DNA from: Intoshia linei
Lineage: Eukaryota > Animalia > Orthonectida
NCBI GenBank assembly: GCA_001642005.1
Contig: LWCA01000013.1
Location: forward strand, 1 to 64,000
Length of the DNA: 64,000 nt
Direction of reading: 5' to 3'
Position 1 is the stretch's first letter. Each line of letters opens with the position of its first letter. A model generated the notes under the pieces. It saw nothing but the letters and a program-made list of their open reading frames with translations. It was not told the origin of the DNA and made no database searches. This document shows, piece after piece, positions 22,336-36,864 of this stretch. A program made the position numbers and the translations under genes.

Positions 22336-25300
22336 TTATAAATCGAGACTAGGTTCTTGACTCATGGGTTCATCGATGCTAGAATTTTGAGATTGAATCA
22401 TCTGAGATAGTCTTTTGCTAGATCTTCGACGAGGTGTTTTTTGTTTATTAAGTAAAACTACGAAAGATTCATTTTCATCCGACTCGGAAAGATAGACACG
22501 TACACTTTCACATTCTTTAATACTATTGTCATTGCCACTATTATCAACTGATCCATTTAAAATTTTACTAATTTCTTTATTGTCAACCTTAACATCCTGA
22601 CTACTAGTAGCTGAATTATTTACAGTACAGATATCGGCACTGATCTCTTTATTAGATTCTTCACTATTCTTTTTTTCAGAATTAGTAGATTCATTAGCCT
22701 CGTCTAGAGAAACCTTTTTAATTTTATCCCGCAATTCATCAATATGATTCTTATCTTCGGGTTTAAGGGTTTTTCGAGCATTTTGAATTATACCATTAAA
22801 AACATTTAAAATAAAAGTATCCGTTAAAGTGTGGCCAATCGATGTAAAATTATCCGAAATAACTTTCAACATTTTTACACTGACAGTACATAAAGAGAGA
22901 CAAAATGCAATATCTCTCCAAGATTTCATTTGATTGGTCGTTCGGAAACGACTACACAATTTTTCCAATAAATTTTCAAATTGTCTTGTTTTTGTAATTA
23001 ATCCGAATAAGTATCTAAATGTATTTATTAATTTATATGAATGGCTCTCATGAGTCAATTAAGTAATACATTTTGCTCTATATAACCAAATGCAACACAT
23101 AAACAATTTACCGTAGTAAAGAAATTAGTTTAGAATAAGTTAAAAACCAATCCATTAAATGGTTCAACGCTAATAATTTTAATTTTAATAATTTTTCCTA
23201 ATATCGATACAGTTTCAAGTTAGGTATAAAAATTCATAGTTTCAATGCATAATTATACTACTAGAATATTCTCATAATCATAATTAATTATACTAGGTTT
23301 AATTCTTGGGTTTTTGGCCCAGGTTCAAACAACCTTGCATATATTATACAAATTATTAATTATATAAATGTATACGTAAACATTACTTTATAATTTTTCG
23401 AAAATTATCTGAACTAAGGCCAGTACTTTCATCCGACAGTCTACTGATAATTTCTGGTAAAATATTGTAAACTGAATTACCCTAAATGAAAATTAATTAT
23501 TACCAAAAAATATAGATTATCGAGGAAACTAGTTTAATAGTACAGTCGGCCTCGGTTTGGGCCACCATTTTTTGCAAAGAGCCACAAAATTATAGGTTTT
23601 AGTACATTATACAATTTTTCATTAAATACACAATGTACTTAAATTATTGCAATACATTATAATATTAAAATTTAAATAACACCAAATTGTATGAAAAATA
23701 TTTTAATAAGCTATGACAGAGTTTCCCAAATGCCAGTCCGCGAGACAGGTACTGGTCAGTGAAATAATTTTTACTAATTAGAAGTCAATTTATTACATTT
23801 TTCATCAAATTTTTTTAAGGTTTGCTAGTAATTTCGCCTTAATAGTCCGCAATAAATTATATAACTTATTACCGGCCCGCCGAGAAAAAAGTGTGAAAAC
23901 CCCTGTGATATGGTTTATTATGGCAGTTATTAATTCCAAATTTCAAAAGTTTTTATAGACTAAACCAGAAGTTGGGAAAATGCGGTCTTTGAACAATTTA
24001 AATTATTTTTCATTTAAAATTATTTTATTTATTATATTTATTTTTAATAAAATAAGTTTTTTTCCTTAAAGTTTTGCAAAATTTTGATTTTTCTCATAAG
24101 ATATTACTAAAGTGAATAAAATATGCTAAAAATTTATCATTATCCCCAATTATCTAAAATGTTCATATTGCCCCTTGCCAGTCACCCCATGAGAAGAACT
24201 ATTGTATTTGATTACATTTGATTTAGAAAAATGCTGCCTTATTAAATTTTTTGTGGACGTTAATGCTGCCTTCGAACAGTAAATGCTTCCAACCTCTGCT
24301 ATATATCATTTACGGACCGGATCAAACCCCATGTCACTGGTTTAGAAATTCTCAACCTATCAACTAAACCCTGAAATTAAATTTATCAATATTTTTGCAA
24401 TTACAATTATATTTACTTCATTTTTTAACAAAATTAAATTATTTATAATCTGAAATCTGGATATGGCTGTATGAGCTGTGATTATTTTTTTAATTCTACG
24501 ACTCTTTTCATTTAAATCAAGTGGTAATTTAGACTTTTACCATGAAGAAGTTAAGACGTTAAGATTTTTTATAACCTAAATCACCAACCCTAAAGCGAAA
24601 AATCTAGTTTTACCAATCCTAAAAAAAAAATCCAGTTTTACCAAACTTTTAGGGAAAATTCTACCTAATCAACCCTAAAAAGAAAAATCCAGTTTTACCA
24701 ACTTTTTAGGAAAAATATTACAAAGTATTTTGTAAATTTACATTTTAAATTTAATTTAAAATGTTTAAAAGAGGCGTTCCCAAATATTTTTAGTTTTAGT
24801 TCTTATTTTTAACAAGTTTTTTAGTTTTGTTTATTTTAATAATACATTACTCTTGACGTACACCAGGGGTCGGCAACCTTTCGAATCTCATGGGTACTTT
24901 TTTATATAAAAAAATTCTACTGCCCCAGTTTTTGAAAATTTACACGATACATTTCAATTTTAATTTAAGACAAACGGTTTTAGTATTATATTCGCAAAAT
25001 AAATTCAGTATTAAAATGATTATAATGAGCCAATGTAGTAGAAAATGCTTAAAACAGTATTTAAAAGTTGAAAAATAAATAATTTACATATTTACTCAAA
25101 GGGCCTCAAAATTATTATGTGGGCCAGTGGTTGCCAGTGATTTTCACAAATAAAATTAATATATTATTAATTAATCAATAAATATGACAATAAAATTATT
25201 AAAAAATATTAAAAAACCTTTTTAGATAATTCTTGAAAAAAAAAATAAGCCATTCCAGAGATATCCTTATTATCATCAATAATGCACATTGCAACTTCAC

Positions 25301-28300
25301 TAATCTGTCCTTTAATTTTGATCATATCATTCAAAATAAGCCTCGTAATAATCATTAAAGCATGATACCTTACTTCAAAAGAAGAATCACGAAGTCTATA
25401 ATAAATATGAGGAGTATAAGGATCAATAAGATTTGGATATTGTAAACACAAATCATCGATAGCAATAATGATATTAATTTTAATATTAGCATGTTTAGAT
25501 TTTTCAAGAATAGTAAACAACAAATTTAAATTATCCTGACAATAATTGCAACTCGTGAGCATAAATTTAGTTAAAGCCAAGGTGGCATTTGATTGTAGAA
25601 TAATATTAGGTAAAATGGTGGTATTTGAACAAATATACTTTACTAGATCGGAAAAGAAACTGAGCAAATGAGTATCAGATAATAATTCATCATCAGTAAC
25701 ACTACGGATAAGTTCATATTCCTCATCGTCTGCGAAAGCTCCACCGAGACCCATTTCATCTCCAAAAGTTTTGTCTGGGTCAATAGTTTTATCCTTACTA
25801 CAATTATTTTCTCGAGTACATCTACGTTTCTTAAGTTCAGAAAATATGTCTTCATGTAAATAAGATAATTGGCAAACAGAAACATGACCAGCAATGTGGA
25901 TAGTTCTGGACAAAACGACTAGATTAATGTTTTTTACAATATAGTCAATTTTTTTAGGTGTTTCAGAAATTTCTTTAGGTTCAAGTTCATTACACTCTTC
26001 ACTGTTTAAATTCACTTTCTTTTCATTGTGGGTATTTAAATCAACACTTTTACCGCACATTTTATTGACAAGCTTCTGTAAAATATTTTCCCATCTCAAA
26101 TCAGGTTTTTCAGAGTATTTATAAACCAAAACTACTGCCGCGCGAGTAAATGAATTGTAATTTTCAATTTCAATGTCATCAATTTTGTCGCATGTTATAT
26201 TTTCAATTAAATTAAAAATTTCGTGATCAAATGGAAATCTGGTAATATTTTTATTAGTTTTGGAAAGATTGCAAATTGTCAGACACGTTTGAGCAGCTAA
26301 ATTGACATCATTGGAAGCATTATCGATAGACAAACCTACATGCATCATAATGTCTAAATTATTAGCAAGAATGTCCATGTTATGAGAAATCATTCCCAAA
26401 ATTATCATAGCTTTGACAGAAGAGTTGTACACGTTATCATTGTTTTTAGAATTAACCATAATGTAAATTTTCCATAGTTGTTTAATGACCTGATCGTCGA
26501 TATCCTCCGAATCCACCAATTTTTCTACAATCAAAGACAACGCCGTGTACTCGCCCAAATTTGCATTGTCCAGTAAAGAAATTAACCGTTTGGCCACAAA
26601 TTCAGATCTTTGAACATGGTTCATTTGTTCGCTAGGTAAATTTATAGCTCTAAATGTATCCAAAGTAGACATTTTAACGTTACCGTCATCAGACATTATC
26701 AATGATTGATATTGTCTTAATAATTTTTCAATACCCTGTAAACCAACATCATGGGCAATTACCAAAAACCTCAAAGATTCAACAACCAAACTGGCAACCG
26801 TGCTAGACAACATTTCGTTGATGATGGGAATAATATTAACAATACATTTTTTAAAAAAAATGGAACCCTCCATAAATTCTACAAGGGATTTCTGTTTAGT
26901 CATGGCTTCTTCAGAATGTTCCTGTTCTTGATCCACGTTATTTAAATGTGAGTTGATTACATCAGAGTTCTGTTCAGTTTTATAGTCAATTTCGCCATTT
27001 TTTTCAATATTATCAATGTCTATTACCGCTGCATTCAAAATTTCCTCCAAATTTATCAGTTCATTTTCCAATGTTTCGACTTCTTCGTCTGAACCGTCAG
27101 AGTGATTGATATTCATGTCCTTTAACATTTCTTTGTATTTATTTTTTTCTTCCAAACATTTATTACTCAATTCTTCAAAATTTAAACTAATAGAAATACA
27201 ATTTTTTTTCAATATGTCACCAAAAAGAGACAACACCATTTTCCTTACATTTGTAGATTTATCATACAAACGTCCAATCAACAAAGGCAACAACGTCTTT
27301 TGTCTCGAATGAGGTAAAGCATCATGTGCAATAACATTTTGCCAAATCGACACTACCTTTGACCTCACAAAAGCGTTTGTGTCATGAACATGTTCCTCCA
27401 ACACAAAAAAACACTTTTCCAAAATTTTATTACATCCATCAACACTTTTGCCCTTGTTTACAATTTTTGGAATGTAATCGAAAACTAAAAAACCTATAGC
27501 CGTCAAAACTGCGATTCTTACTGTATAATATTCAACACACCTCAATTGAAACAAAATCGGCAATTGCTTAAACATTACTGCTGGGTTTCTCATTGTAACT
27601 TCAACAATAAAAGTAGGGATACCTTTTGGTTGCATAATTCTCTGTGTCGCCTGGTTTGCTTGGTCTAAGTTAGCTTCTTCGGTAGAGCTAAAAATGTTTA
27701 CCAGTTCTTGCATCATTGTATCGATAAAAAGTGTCAATTTAAGTTCCACGTTAAACATTGTCACAACATCCGCTATTGTACCACCCACGTCATCTAAATG
27801 TTTCAATAGTTGAATCAATTTTAAAGCAGAGGTTAAAATATGATGATTGTACTGTTTGACACAAATTCCTATTATTTGGAAAAGTAATGAAGGGCTCGAT
27901 TTGTTTTTCCATTTGTGCATATTTTCAATCAAAATGTAACAAGATTCCGTTATTACGTTAATCAAATCTTCGTCTACTATTGGAGGGGACCAAAGGCGTT
28001 TTATCGGCATTTTTAATATATTTAGTATTGTTTCAAAGCAAGACATTCTTAAACTTTCCATATCTTCAGAAAATTCCGTCAATTGTATATTTTTTTCACT
28101 GTCCAATTGTCTTCTTTTGTTTTTCTAAATTTATAAATTGCAATGTTTACACACAAATATAAATCTATATATAATAAAATTTGCTAAAAATGTCCGTCTA
28201 ATTATAACCATTTATTTAAAAAAGGGAGAGTCCCAGAAACTTTGAAAAACACAAATTCTTTATCAGTTTTTTCTGATGTAGGAAATAAGATAAACTTGAC

Positions 28301-31300
28301 TGTCAGAAATTTGTACCTTCAGAGTCAAAAAATCCATTATTTTATTTTTAAAAAAATTAAGAACTAAGATTTTCTGAATTTTAAAATACTCAAATTATAA
28401 TACATCTAATAGTTTGCCAAGGTTAATGTAGTCTCATCAATTTATATCTTTAGTCAATGTCCCAAATTACCCATTATTATAAAAAATTTCAATTTGTCAA
28501 ATTTTTCAAATTTGATAATTTGGTAAATTTTTTGTGATAACTGAATATAACTGTACCAACCATAAATTTGTTTAAAACTCTAAGACTATTATCATTTTTA
28601 AAAAAAGGGTAATCTATGGTTCTGATCGTGAAAATAAACTTTTTTGAGGTTTTTTCCATTTATGATAATGCTAATGATTTTAAAACTTATCACACAATGT
28701 ATATTGTATAAAATAATAAGACGTTTTTTATTTTAAAAAAAAAGGGTAATCTGGGTTTTGATCGTTAAGATATATATTTTATCACAATGGTGATAATTTT
28801 TTAAAAAAATGATAATTGAGGTTTTTGAACTAAAAGGGTTCAATTTACAAAAATTAAATTGACAATAAAACATCACCATCGAAAAACTGTATTAAAAATG
28901 TAGTTTTAAAACTCTACGCCTATTAATTTCTTACATAAATGGTAACAAACAGACAAAAAAATGGGACATAGGGTTTTAACTAAATGCTAACTTATATAAA
29001 ACTCTTTATTTGTGTGTCTGTTATCTTTATTTCAATAACTAAGTCTTAGAATTTTTAAAATTCCACATTTCCATTATAGTTTTCACCGAGCGTGAAAATA
29101 AGATAAATGTATGACTTCAACCCTTTCGTTGCTATCATCATTTTTTTAAATACACTGTTTTATTGGTATTTTTTGTTTACAAGTTCACCCAATGATTTGA
29201 TCATAAAATGTACGCGTGTTAAGTGACGATGTAAACCAGGTAAAGAAAAATTTTTATAATTCATCATTTTACCCCAAATAGAGCATTTTGCTTTTTCGTT
29301 TTCTCATTTAAAATAGTCCTATAAATTTTCGTACAACATAACCGTTATCTTAAAAATAAACAATCTGATACCAAATTAATAAATTAAAACTGAATTCAAT
29401 CACCGTAAAATTTAATGTTGTTTTTTATTGTAATAACTGAAATTACTTAGTTTTTACACGCTTAAATTTATTAGCAACAATTAAAAATGATTATTCTTTG
29501 AAGATTTTATTTTTGTATCATATAGCAAGTTACCTATTAGAAAATTTTCAAATATAATTTTAAATTTATGAATATTTAAATTTCTCGATAATTCTCGAGA
29601 TCAAGCACTAGTTACAATTGATAAACAAGTTATAGCCGCTATGGCTTCCAGTCATATAATTCCATTTTCCGTAGTTGAGGATCCCATATTCCAGTGGACA
29701 TATCCATATAATAGGTTCAGAATCACTTATGTTAAATTAACAAACAATTAATGTAATTTTAAAAAACATATCAATAAATATTGATATAATTCAAAAAAAT
29801 GACTCAAATTTAATTCATTTGATTAATGCATATAAAACTATTAGAGACTCTTGGTTAAAAGATTTACCTGGAGTGTTAGATACTGATACAATTAATAAAT
29901 TAAAAGAAATTTGAAATTACAGATGGAATATAATCACTACAAGTAATTTAGGAAAAATTTTATCTCATTTATCATTTTCTTCCCAATTTATCGGAATATG
30001 CTCACATCCAATAAAAGTACTAAATATTGTTTCAAGAGTTGGCCCCATAAAATATTACCTGAAAGTAAAATTACAATGCTCGAGGAAGAGTTTAATGAAA
30101 TTTTGAATTTAAATACATTTGAAATAAAAATTGATATTGATTGTTTTCTTATTCATACTATACTGAAAAATGTTTTAATGAAATTAACAGTAAGCGAAAC
30201 GGCTGTAGAAAGATGTTTTTCGCAACACAGAAATATTCACTCAAATGTTAGAAGTAGCCTATTTGAATCAACACTGGATGATTCTTTATACATAAGATAT
30301 AATTGGAAGAATATATTATAAATTATAATGTTAATATTTAATTTATTTTTGTCTGCCAAAGAAAAAAAACTTACGAAGTAATGGACACATTTTGAAAAAT
30401 AGAATTAATTTACAAAATTAATAAAAAATTACTTATACTAATGTTTAAGGGGTAAACTCAATGGGTATTATTCCTAGATTTTCTTTTGATTAACGACACA
30501 TTATTTACTAACAAAAAGTTTAAGTACATATAATTAACACTTATTAATAAACCTATAATTTTTTTCAAAATGTTGTGCTGGAAAAACAGCCTTGCTGTAC
30601 CGGTACAGCAACCGTTATTGCTGTTACCAGCCAACGTCGCTGGTACCAGCAATTCCACACAGCCCTGATGATAATGCTCATGATTTTAAAAACAATACAA
30701 GAATTTATGATTTATAAAATTTTAAACATTTTTTCATTTAAAAAAAAGAGTAGTTTAAATTTTTGGTTTTGACCATGAATGTGTAAGTTTCTGATATTGA
30801 GATTTACGAAAATATTAATAATTTTAAAACGCGTCCAGAATATGTTTTTAAAAATTCTAGGTCTGATTTTATTCATTTAAAAAAAGAGTTATTAGGGTTT
30901 TTGACTCTGAAGGAGTCATTTTTCATTTCTGAAAATGAAATTAGTGATAAAACATCTCGAAAATCTGTTTAAAAATTTAATTTTTTAATTCTACGACTCT
31001 TAGTTTATTAATTAAACAAATATACACACACATTACGTTTTATATAAGTAAATGTATACTAAAATTAATGGTTTATAAATTTTTAAAAAGTCTACTAAAA
31101 ATTGTAGGTTTAATAATGGTTCCTTGGAATTTTAAGTTTAAAAACCAGTGACCTAAAACAGCTCTAATAAAAATGGTATAAATTTATCTAATTTTTCAGT
31201 TTCTCAAAAGTGACATAAAAGGTACTATTTCATGTACTAATAGAATCTAATAGTGAGATAAATGAATAATATGAATACCCTCGTAACAAAGCACGCTGTC

Positions 31301-32249
31301 ATATTCATCTTGGTAAGATTAGCTTCATATTCTTCCAATAGCATGCACAACTCAAAACAAGACATGGTTAAAGCATTTAACATGCCACTCTTTTCACTTA
31401 AATCAGGTTCCGATATGCAATTTTTTAGTTTTTCCGTCATTAAATTTGCACCATCCAAAAATACTCCTAAAAAGTAAATTTTTTCTTTACAATCAATATC
31501 CTTGATATGCACAAGAATACTAAAATACAAGTCAGAATGGTTGATTATTGCTAGACATGGATCTACGTGTAAGGATCTTTCAAATTCTAAAAATATTTTA
31601 TTAAATTATATTTTAGATTACAAAAATGGACAAATAGAAACAAAGTCGGATCTATGAAAAAAACCGAAACAAAAAAAAAATACAATTTTTAATGTTTATC
31701 AATTTAATTATATGTCGTTAACACCAAAAGTCGAATCTATCTAGGCGAAGCCACACAAAAGTGAAAAATATGCCTCTAAACAAATTTTCCTAAAAGGTGC
31801 ATAATGTCATATAATATGACATATATGATATACCCTAGTCACATTTCCAAGGGTCTTAACTCGATATTTTAAATTTAGCACAGAAAATAGTTAATATTCA
31901 AAAACATAATTTTTAAATTCTCAATTTGGAAAAATGATGCTTCCCTTTTACAAAAATTATGTCTAGTTCCCGAAAGAGTTTAATTTTAGTTTAATAACAA
32001 TTCCAGTATAACCTATAAACTATTTAAATCAACCAGCCATAATACATTATTATAAATATTACTTTTAAATAAACAAATACAAAAATTATCTCAAGAAATT
32101 TTTTTAAATAAACCTTTAACTTTAACAGAAATTTTCTTTTTTTCAATTAATTTATTTTTATTTTTATTAGATTTGATCATTTCATCAATAGATATTGGAA
32201 TGGTGAAAATTTCATGGTTAAATAATGATATAGAATTATGTATAGACAT
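22336..32249 (-). CDS. NCAPD2: Condensin I HEAT subunit CAP-D2 (condensin complex subunit 1)
   Basis: Exons ~32114-32249, ~31280-31587, ~25218-28125, ~23389-23481, 22336-~23014. Motifs RLWSPPIVDE, EEHVHDTNAFVRSKV, GRLYDKSTNVRK, YPNLIDPYTPHIYYRLRD, LILNDMIKIKGQISEVAMCIID, VYNILPEIISRLSD, LLEKLCSRF..WRDIAFCLS. Confidence 0.95.
23717..23905 (+). mobile_element. ~190-220 bp hAT/Charlie-like MITE family; other copies ~16390-16547, ~35735-35950 (-), ~41285-41426 (-), ~50075-50165, ~52485-52704
   Basis: Ends CAGAGTTTCCCAAA...GTGTGAAAACCCCTG. Shared core TTAATxGTCCGCxATAAATTxTATAAxTTATTACCGGxCCG seen in all copies. Confidence 0.75.
24585..24715. repeat. Degenerate ~30-bp tandem repeats, probably transposon subterminal repeats
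   Basis: Recurrent CCCTAAA...AAAAATCCAGTTTTACCAA(A)CTTTTAGG units. Confidence 0.5.
24864..25139 (+). mobile_element. hAT MITE (CAGGGGTCGGCAAC family), copy of 50316-50615
   Basis: Left TIR CAGGGGTCGGCAACC; internal sequence collinear with the 50316 copy; right end degenerate. Confidence 0.75.
28595..29160. mobile_element. Two Helitron-family fragments in opposite orientation in NCAPD2 intron 2
   Basis: 28595-28930 carries the ~120-bp internal subrepeats (AAAAGGGTAATCT..GGTTTTGATCG). From 28987, CTAACTTATATAAA...TGTGTGTCTGTT matches the family 5' end. Confidence 0.6.
29620..30667 (+). mobile_element. Decayed hAT transposon: transposase remnant plus right end
   Basis: ORF 29998-30321 has VSETAVERCFSQHRNIHSNVRSSL...LYIRYNW (hAT C-terminal dimerisation motif). 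GC-rich subterminal repeats end ...CCACACAGCCCTG at 30667. Confidence 0.7.
30668..31055 (-). mobile_element. Helitron-family fragment (5' part)
   Basis: Same internal subrepeats and ACACACAC...TTTTATATAAGTAA terminal signature as the other copies. Confidence 0.6.
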
Positions 32250-33736
32250 TTTTTAATATAATAAATGACTCCGGTAAAAATATAATTTAAAGTTAATATG
32301 CGCGCAAGTTTCCCAAGCAATAGTTAAGTTTTAAAATAATGTTATTGTAGATTTTTTTTAAATGTTTATAAAAATTTATATTTAACCAACCAATTCTGAA
32401 AATTCACCATTCTGAAACTTAATTGCTCAATAAATGAAATAGCTTTTTAAATATTGGGTGTACTTTGTTTCTATTATATTTATACAGCAAGCTCCTAACT
32501 TGTGACTCCCGAGCACGAATTTTCAACATCTCAACACAATCTAAACAAGAACTTGGAAAAGTGTTGCAGATTTCTAGTTTATATCAATTTCATATGTATC
32601 GTATTAAAGTTGGAATCGCGCCTACTAATACTCCTGTCAGTTGTCAAAACATTATGAATTATTTTTGGTCGAATAGTGACTGAAAAATAGATTAATGTTT
32701 CAACTCTATTTAATAATACACATAGGACTGATAGTCCTAATTGAAGCGTATCAGACTTTCAAATTTCTTATTTACTTACCTGATGGAAGAAAGGTGTATA
32801 ATACACCTGATATCTTTGATATAAATGTACAATTTGTTAATTATTGCAACTCTTTATTCAATAACAGTATCGATTATAAAAAGATTATAAACTAAACCTG
32901 AATAATCTAAAAAACCATTTAATTTATAAATATTCAATCGTATATTATCAATTTATTATTTATCTTTTAACTGTCTTATGGGTGTAAATTTTTTAAATTA
33001 AATGTGATATTTGTGAGATGTGTGAGGTATGAGAAAAATAGATTTATTAATCGATTCGTCATCTAAAGCTGTCATAAAATCCAATAATAAATGATGTATC
33101 GTGTATATGTGTAAATTATTAATATAGTACCAGTTTGCTCTAATTTAAATTTATTTTACATGATTAATTATTCATATTTCTGCAATAATTATGTCAAATA
33201 TTAAATTTGAATGGACTTGAAAAGTTAATTTTAATAAGAATTCTCGAGAGTACCAAAAATACAATATTTGAACCGTATGCCGCTTACGCATATGCAGCTC
33301 AAACCTACATTTCTAACCTAAATTTAATTTTTAACTGTAATATTGTCCATTTGTGGAATTACATGTCAAAGGTTGAATTTTCTAAGAGACTTGCAACCGT
33401 GACTCGTCGAAAAAATATTTTGTAACTATTGACGGATTGTAAAAAAATGCCAGATAAAAGGAAAACTTTTTTATTTACATATTGATATTATTCTTTTACT
33501 GAATGCTAGTTACTTGCTTGAATGTTATATTATAGACATAATATTTATAATATAAAAGGGGTAATTTGTAGTTATGTCATAAAGGTGTTAATTTTTGAAT
33601 TTAAAATTTATCTTACTTTTTGGTCCGGAAAAAAATTGACTCAAAATTTTTCTTTATGAATTATCTTCGATTGACAGTTTTCTCAATAAATTGTTCCACA
33701 GAGACACATTTTTAGCAATTTTTATTTTATACAGTA

Positions 33737-35350
33737 CTAGCTCGATTGTTATGTATTTCGTACAAACAACAGCCAGCTCTGCCGAAGCTGACTTTTTATT
33801 CTACTTAAAAAATAAATTTAGTAAGAAAATTAAAATTAGTACTAACTTAAAAATGCCAGTATTCACTATTCACTATTATCAATCCTTTAAAGGAGGGGTT
33901 CCCAAACTTATTTAACCATGAATCCATCATTTTATATTACCTTTTAATTTAAAGTGAATTTTTCTCAATTTAATGTTATTGTGTAAAGAATTTTAAAAAC
34001 AATTTTGATATACCATTTTTTCAATTTATTCCAGAGAATGACTGCACAATCTTAAAAATTGTCATAAATAATTTAAATTCCAAAAATAGATAAAACATAA
34101 AATTGAATTAGCGATCATTTTTTTGACTATGATGATATATATTCAGTATCAGCTATCGATAAGTATAAAAAAATTTTGTATCAATTTATAATTAATTAAA
34201 AATTTTTACAATTATAATTGTAATAATATTTAACGGACAAGCACTTAAAAACATATTTCAGGTAAATTTTACCAAAATTGTAATAAATTTAAAAATGATA
34301 ATAACAAAGTTGTACTTAAAACGATTTTAAACTTTTTTAAAATAAGATTCATAATGTATTTCAAATTTTGAAAATAATAAAATTGCGTAGCAATGAAAAA
34401 AAAACAGAAGGAATCAATTTATGATATTTCCACCCATATATCTTTATTGGAAATGTGTAGACGTTCAATGCACATGTTTTTTGAAATTTTAAGATGAATA
34501 TTTACTTTTTCATTTTTAATTTTATTAAAATTTAATCCATTATTTGAAAAATATTGATTGATAATATATTAAAAGTTATTTTTCACCGGGAATGCGTAGA
34601 TTTCTGAATTTGAAATTTTCTGCTAACATCAACTATAATAAACTGTATCAGAATAATCTCTTTATTTATTGTAGGACTGTTAATTGAATTAATTTTCAAA
34701 TTGTTTATTTTACAAAATGTTAATAAAATAGTTTCAAAATAAAAAAAATTAATAATAAACTGATTTTTTGACCGTGAAGGCGTCAAGTTGTCAGATTGAA
34801 ATTTTTTTGGGAGTTAACTAGATATAGCTGCATCAACTGTACATTTTTTTTTAATTTCTAAGATTATTTTTATTTTTTAAAAAAAAATAAGTCTTGGTTT
34901 TGATGGTGAAAATGAAAATTTTTGAGGTTGCCATTTATGATAATGTTCATGATATTAAAAACTATCCAGAATTTATGTTTAATAAAATTTTAATACATTT
35001 TTCATTTTTTAAACATGGCACAATTTGAAGTTTTAACCGTGAAGGTGTGCGTTTCCGAGGCTGAAATTTACTACAATGTTAATGATTTTAAAACGCGTTC
35101 CCGAATGTACGCTTTATTAAATTTTTGGGCTGATTTTATTTTTAAACAAAATGGCAAACTGGGTTTTTGACTCTAAAGGACTCAAATTCGGAAACTGAAA
35201 AATAGATATCAACATTACCTGCGAAAAACTGTATTAAAAATATGGTTTTACAATACAAATAAACAAATACATTCTACAACTGTTAATTTTTTAAATATAC
35301 ACACGTACTGTAGCACACACACAGACATTCAATTATATATAAGTAATGGA
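33737..35350 (-). mobile_element. Non-autonomous Helitron, longest copy (~1.6 kb)
   Basis: On the minus strand A|TCCATTACTTATATA...(GT)n...hairpin...CTAG|T, i.e. TC/CTAG termini at an AT target with no TSD. Confidence 0.7.
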
Positions 35351-36225
35351 TTCTTTCACTCTAACAATACATTGCTCAACTAAATGTTCGCCCATTTAAA
35401 CCCTATCAAATTATTTTTATCTAAAGTAAAAGTCAAATCCTTCGTATATTTTATTATTCACTTTGTAAACATTTCAAAATTATTAGTTGACCATTGAATA
35501 GTTGTATTCATGTCAAATTTAGAAATATTTTTAAATTTTAATTGTTCGTATTTGACTTTTGTCACGTTTTACATAATTATTTAAAATTTCACAATTTAGC
35601 TATTAAATATCAAAGAAAACGTTACAAATTAAATATTGAATACAGTGCTGTTTAGTTAATTTGTAAGTGCTAAAAGTGAATATGGAATACCGTACTAATC
35701 AGTATTTTATTATATCATCTAACATGGGATTACAATATTCCCACACTTTTTTTATTGCGGACCGGTATTAATGATAAAATCTCGAGCAATTAATGCGAAA
35801 TTATTAGTCAACAAAATTTAATAAAAACGTAATAAATTGACTTGTAAATTACAAGTCAACAGTTAACAAGTTGTCAACTGATGTAATTACAAGTTGTAAT
35901 TAGTAAAAATAGTTTCAAATTTTTTTCACGCACCAATACTGGTTTGCGTAAAGGATTTTTCAAAATTTAGGAAACGCTTAGATTGTAAGCCTTAGATGCT
36001 AACATTTTATATCTATTTTTCTAAGTTATGAATAATGTATGTATCACTTTTTTTCGCGTTCCAATAGTTTTTGAACGGTAAAAAGTAATTGAGTTTGAAA
36101 AATTTGAAAAATTTGAAAGTTTGTAAAGGAAAGGGTAGTTACAGTTAAAAATGTGTACTATGCAGTGCATATATGATATATACATGTATTGTATATTATA
36201 GTGTATCAATTAATGGTACCGTATT

Positions 36226-36864
36226 TAGGGCGGATACAAGTGAGTGCAGAAGGTTCAGTTACACTGCTAAATTTTTAAAACAAAAATTTTTTCTTATTAA
36301 TTATTTCAAAACGAGTCATTTTAAATATTTGAAAGAAGTCGCGGAAAAATATTAATTATTTATACCATGCATATCATTAGATGAAGATATCAAAGCAGAA
36401 TATACTAGATGGAAGAAAAAAAAATGATTCAAAGACCACTATCATACAATTAATCGAAAGCTGCAATTCTAATTTGTTCCCAAATATTCATCAACTTTTA
36501 ATCATTTTTGCAAAAGTGCCAATCATCACATGTGAATGTCAACGCTCCATTAACATTTTCAAAAGATTGAAAACCTTTTTAAGATAAACAATGACTGGTA
36601 ATCGTCTATCTGCACTGGCTTTCATGAATTGCCAATATGACTATAATTTTGATATTGAAAGTTTGGTTAAGTAATTTGCAATACTTTATCCAAGAAGACT
36701 GGATCTTATTTTTGCAAAAAAATACGAATTTTTACATTTTAAAATCAAACTAGACGTATTGCTATTAAAAAAGACGCCCTAAAATGTTTTTCGCTTTCGA
36801 CGAAGTTAAATATATTGCTCGCTTCGCTCGCATCCCATTAACTAGCCTCTTGGATTCACCCCTG
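36226..36864 (+). mobile_element. Internally deleted hAT element with transposase C-terminal remnant and apparent 5-bp TSD
   Basis: TIRs TAGGGCGGATACAAG / CTTGGATTCACCCCTG, GTATT on both flanks. Remnant NLFPNIHQLLIIFAKVPIITCECQRSINIFKRLKTFLR*TMTGNRLSALA. Confidence 0.75.

Noticed and set aside
25643-28162. Short ORFs overlapping the large NCAPD2 exon (25643, 26751, 27106, 27980)
   Set aside because: Alternate-frame or antisense shadows of a well-supported exon, with no motifs.
32465-32895. Two short + ORFs and a strong minus-strand donor (CAG|GTAAGT, ~32780) upstream of NCAPD2
   Set aside because: No consistent open spliced frame on either strand; may be UTR, non-coding RNA or a relic, but cannot be supported.
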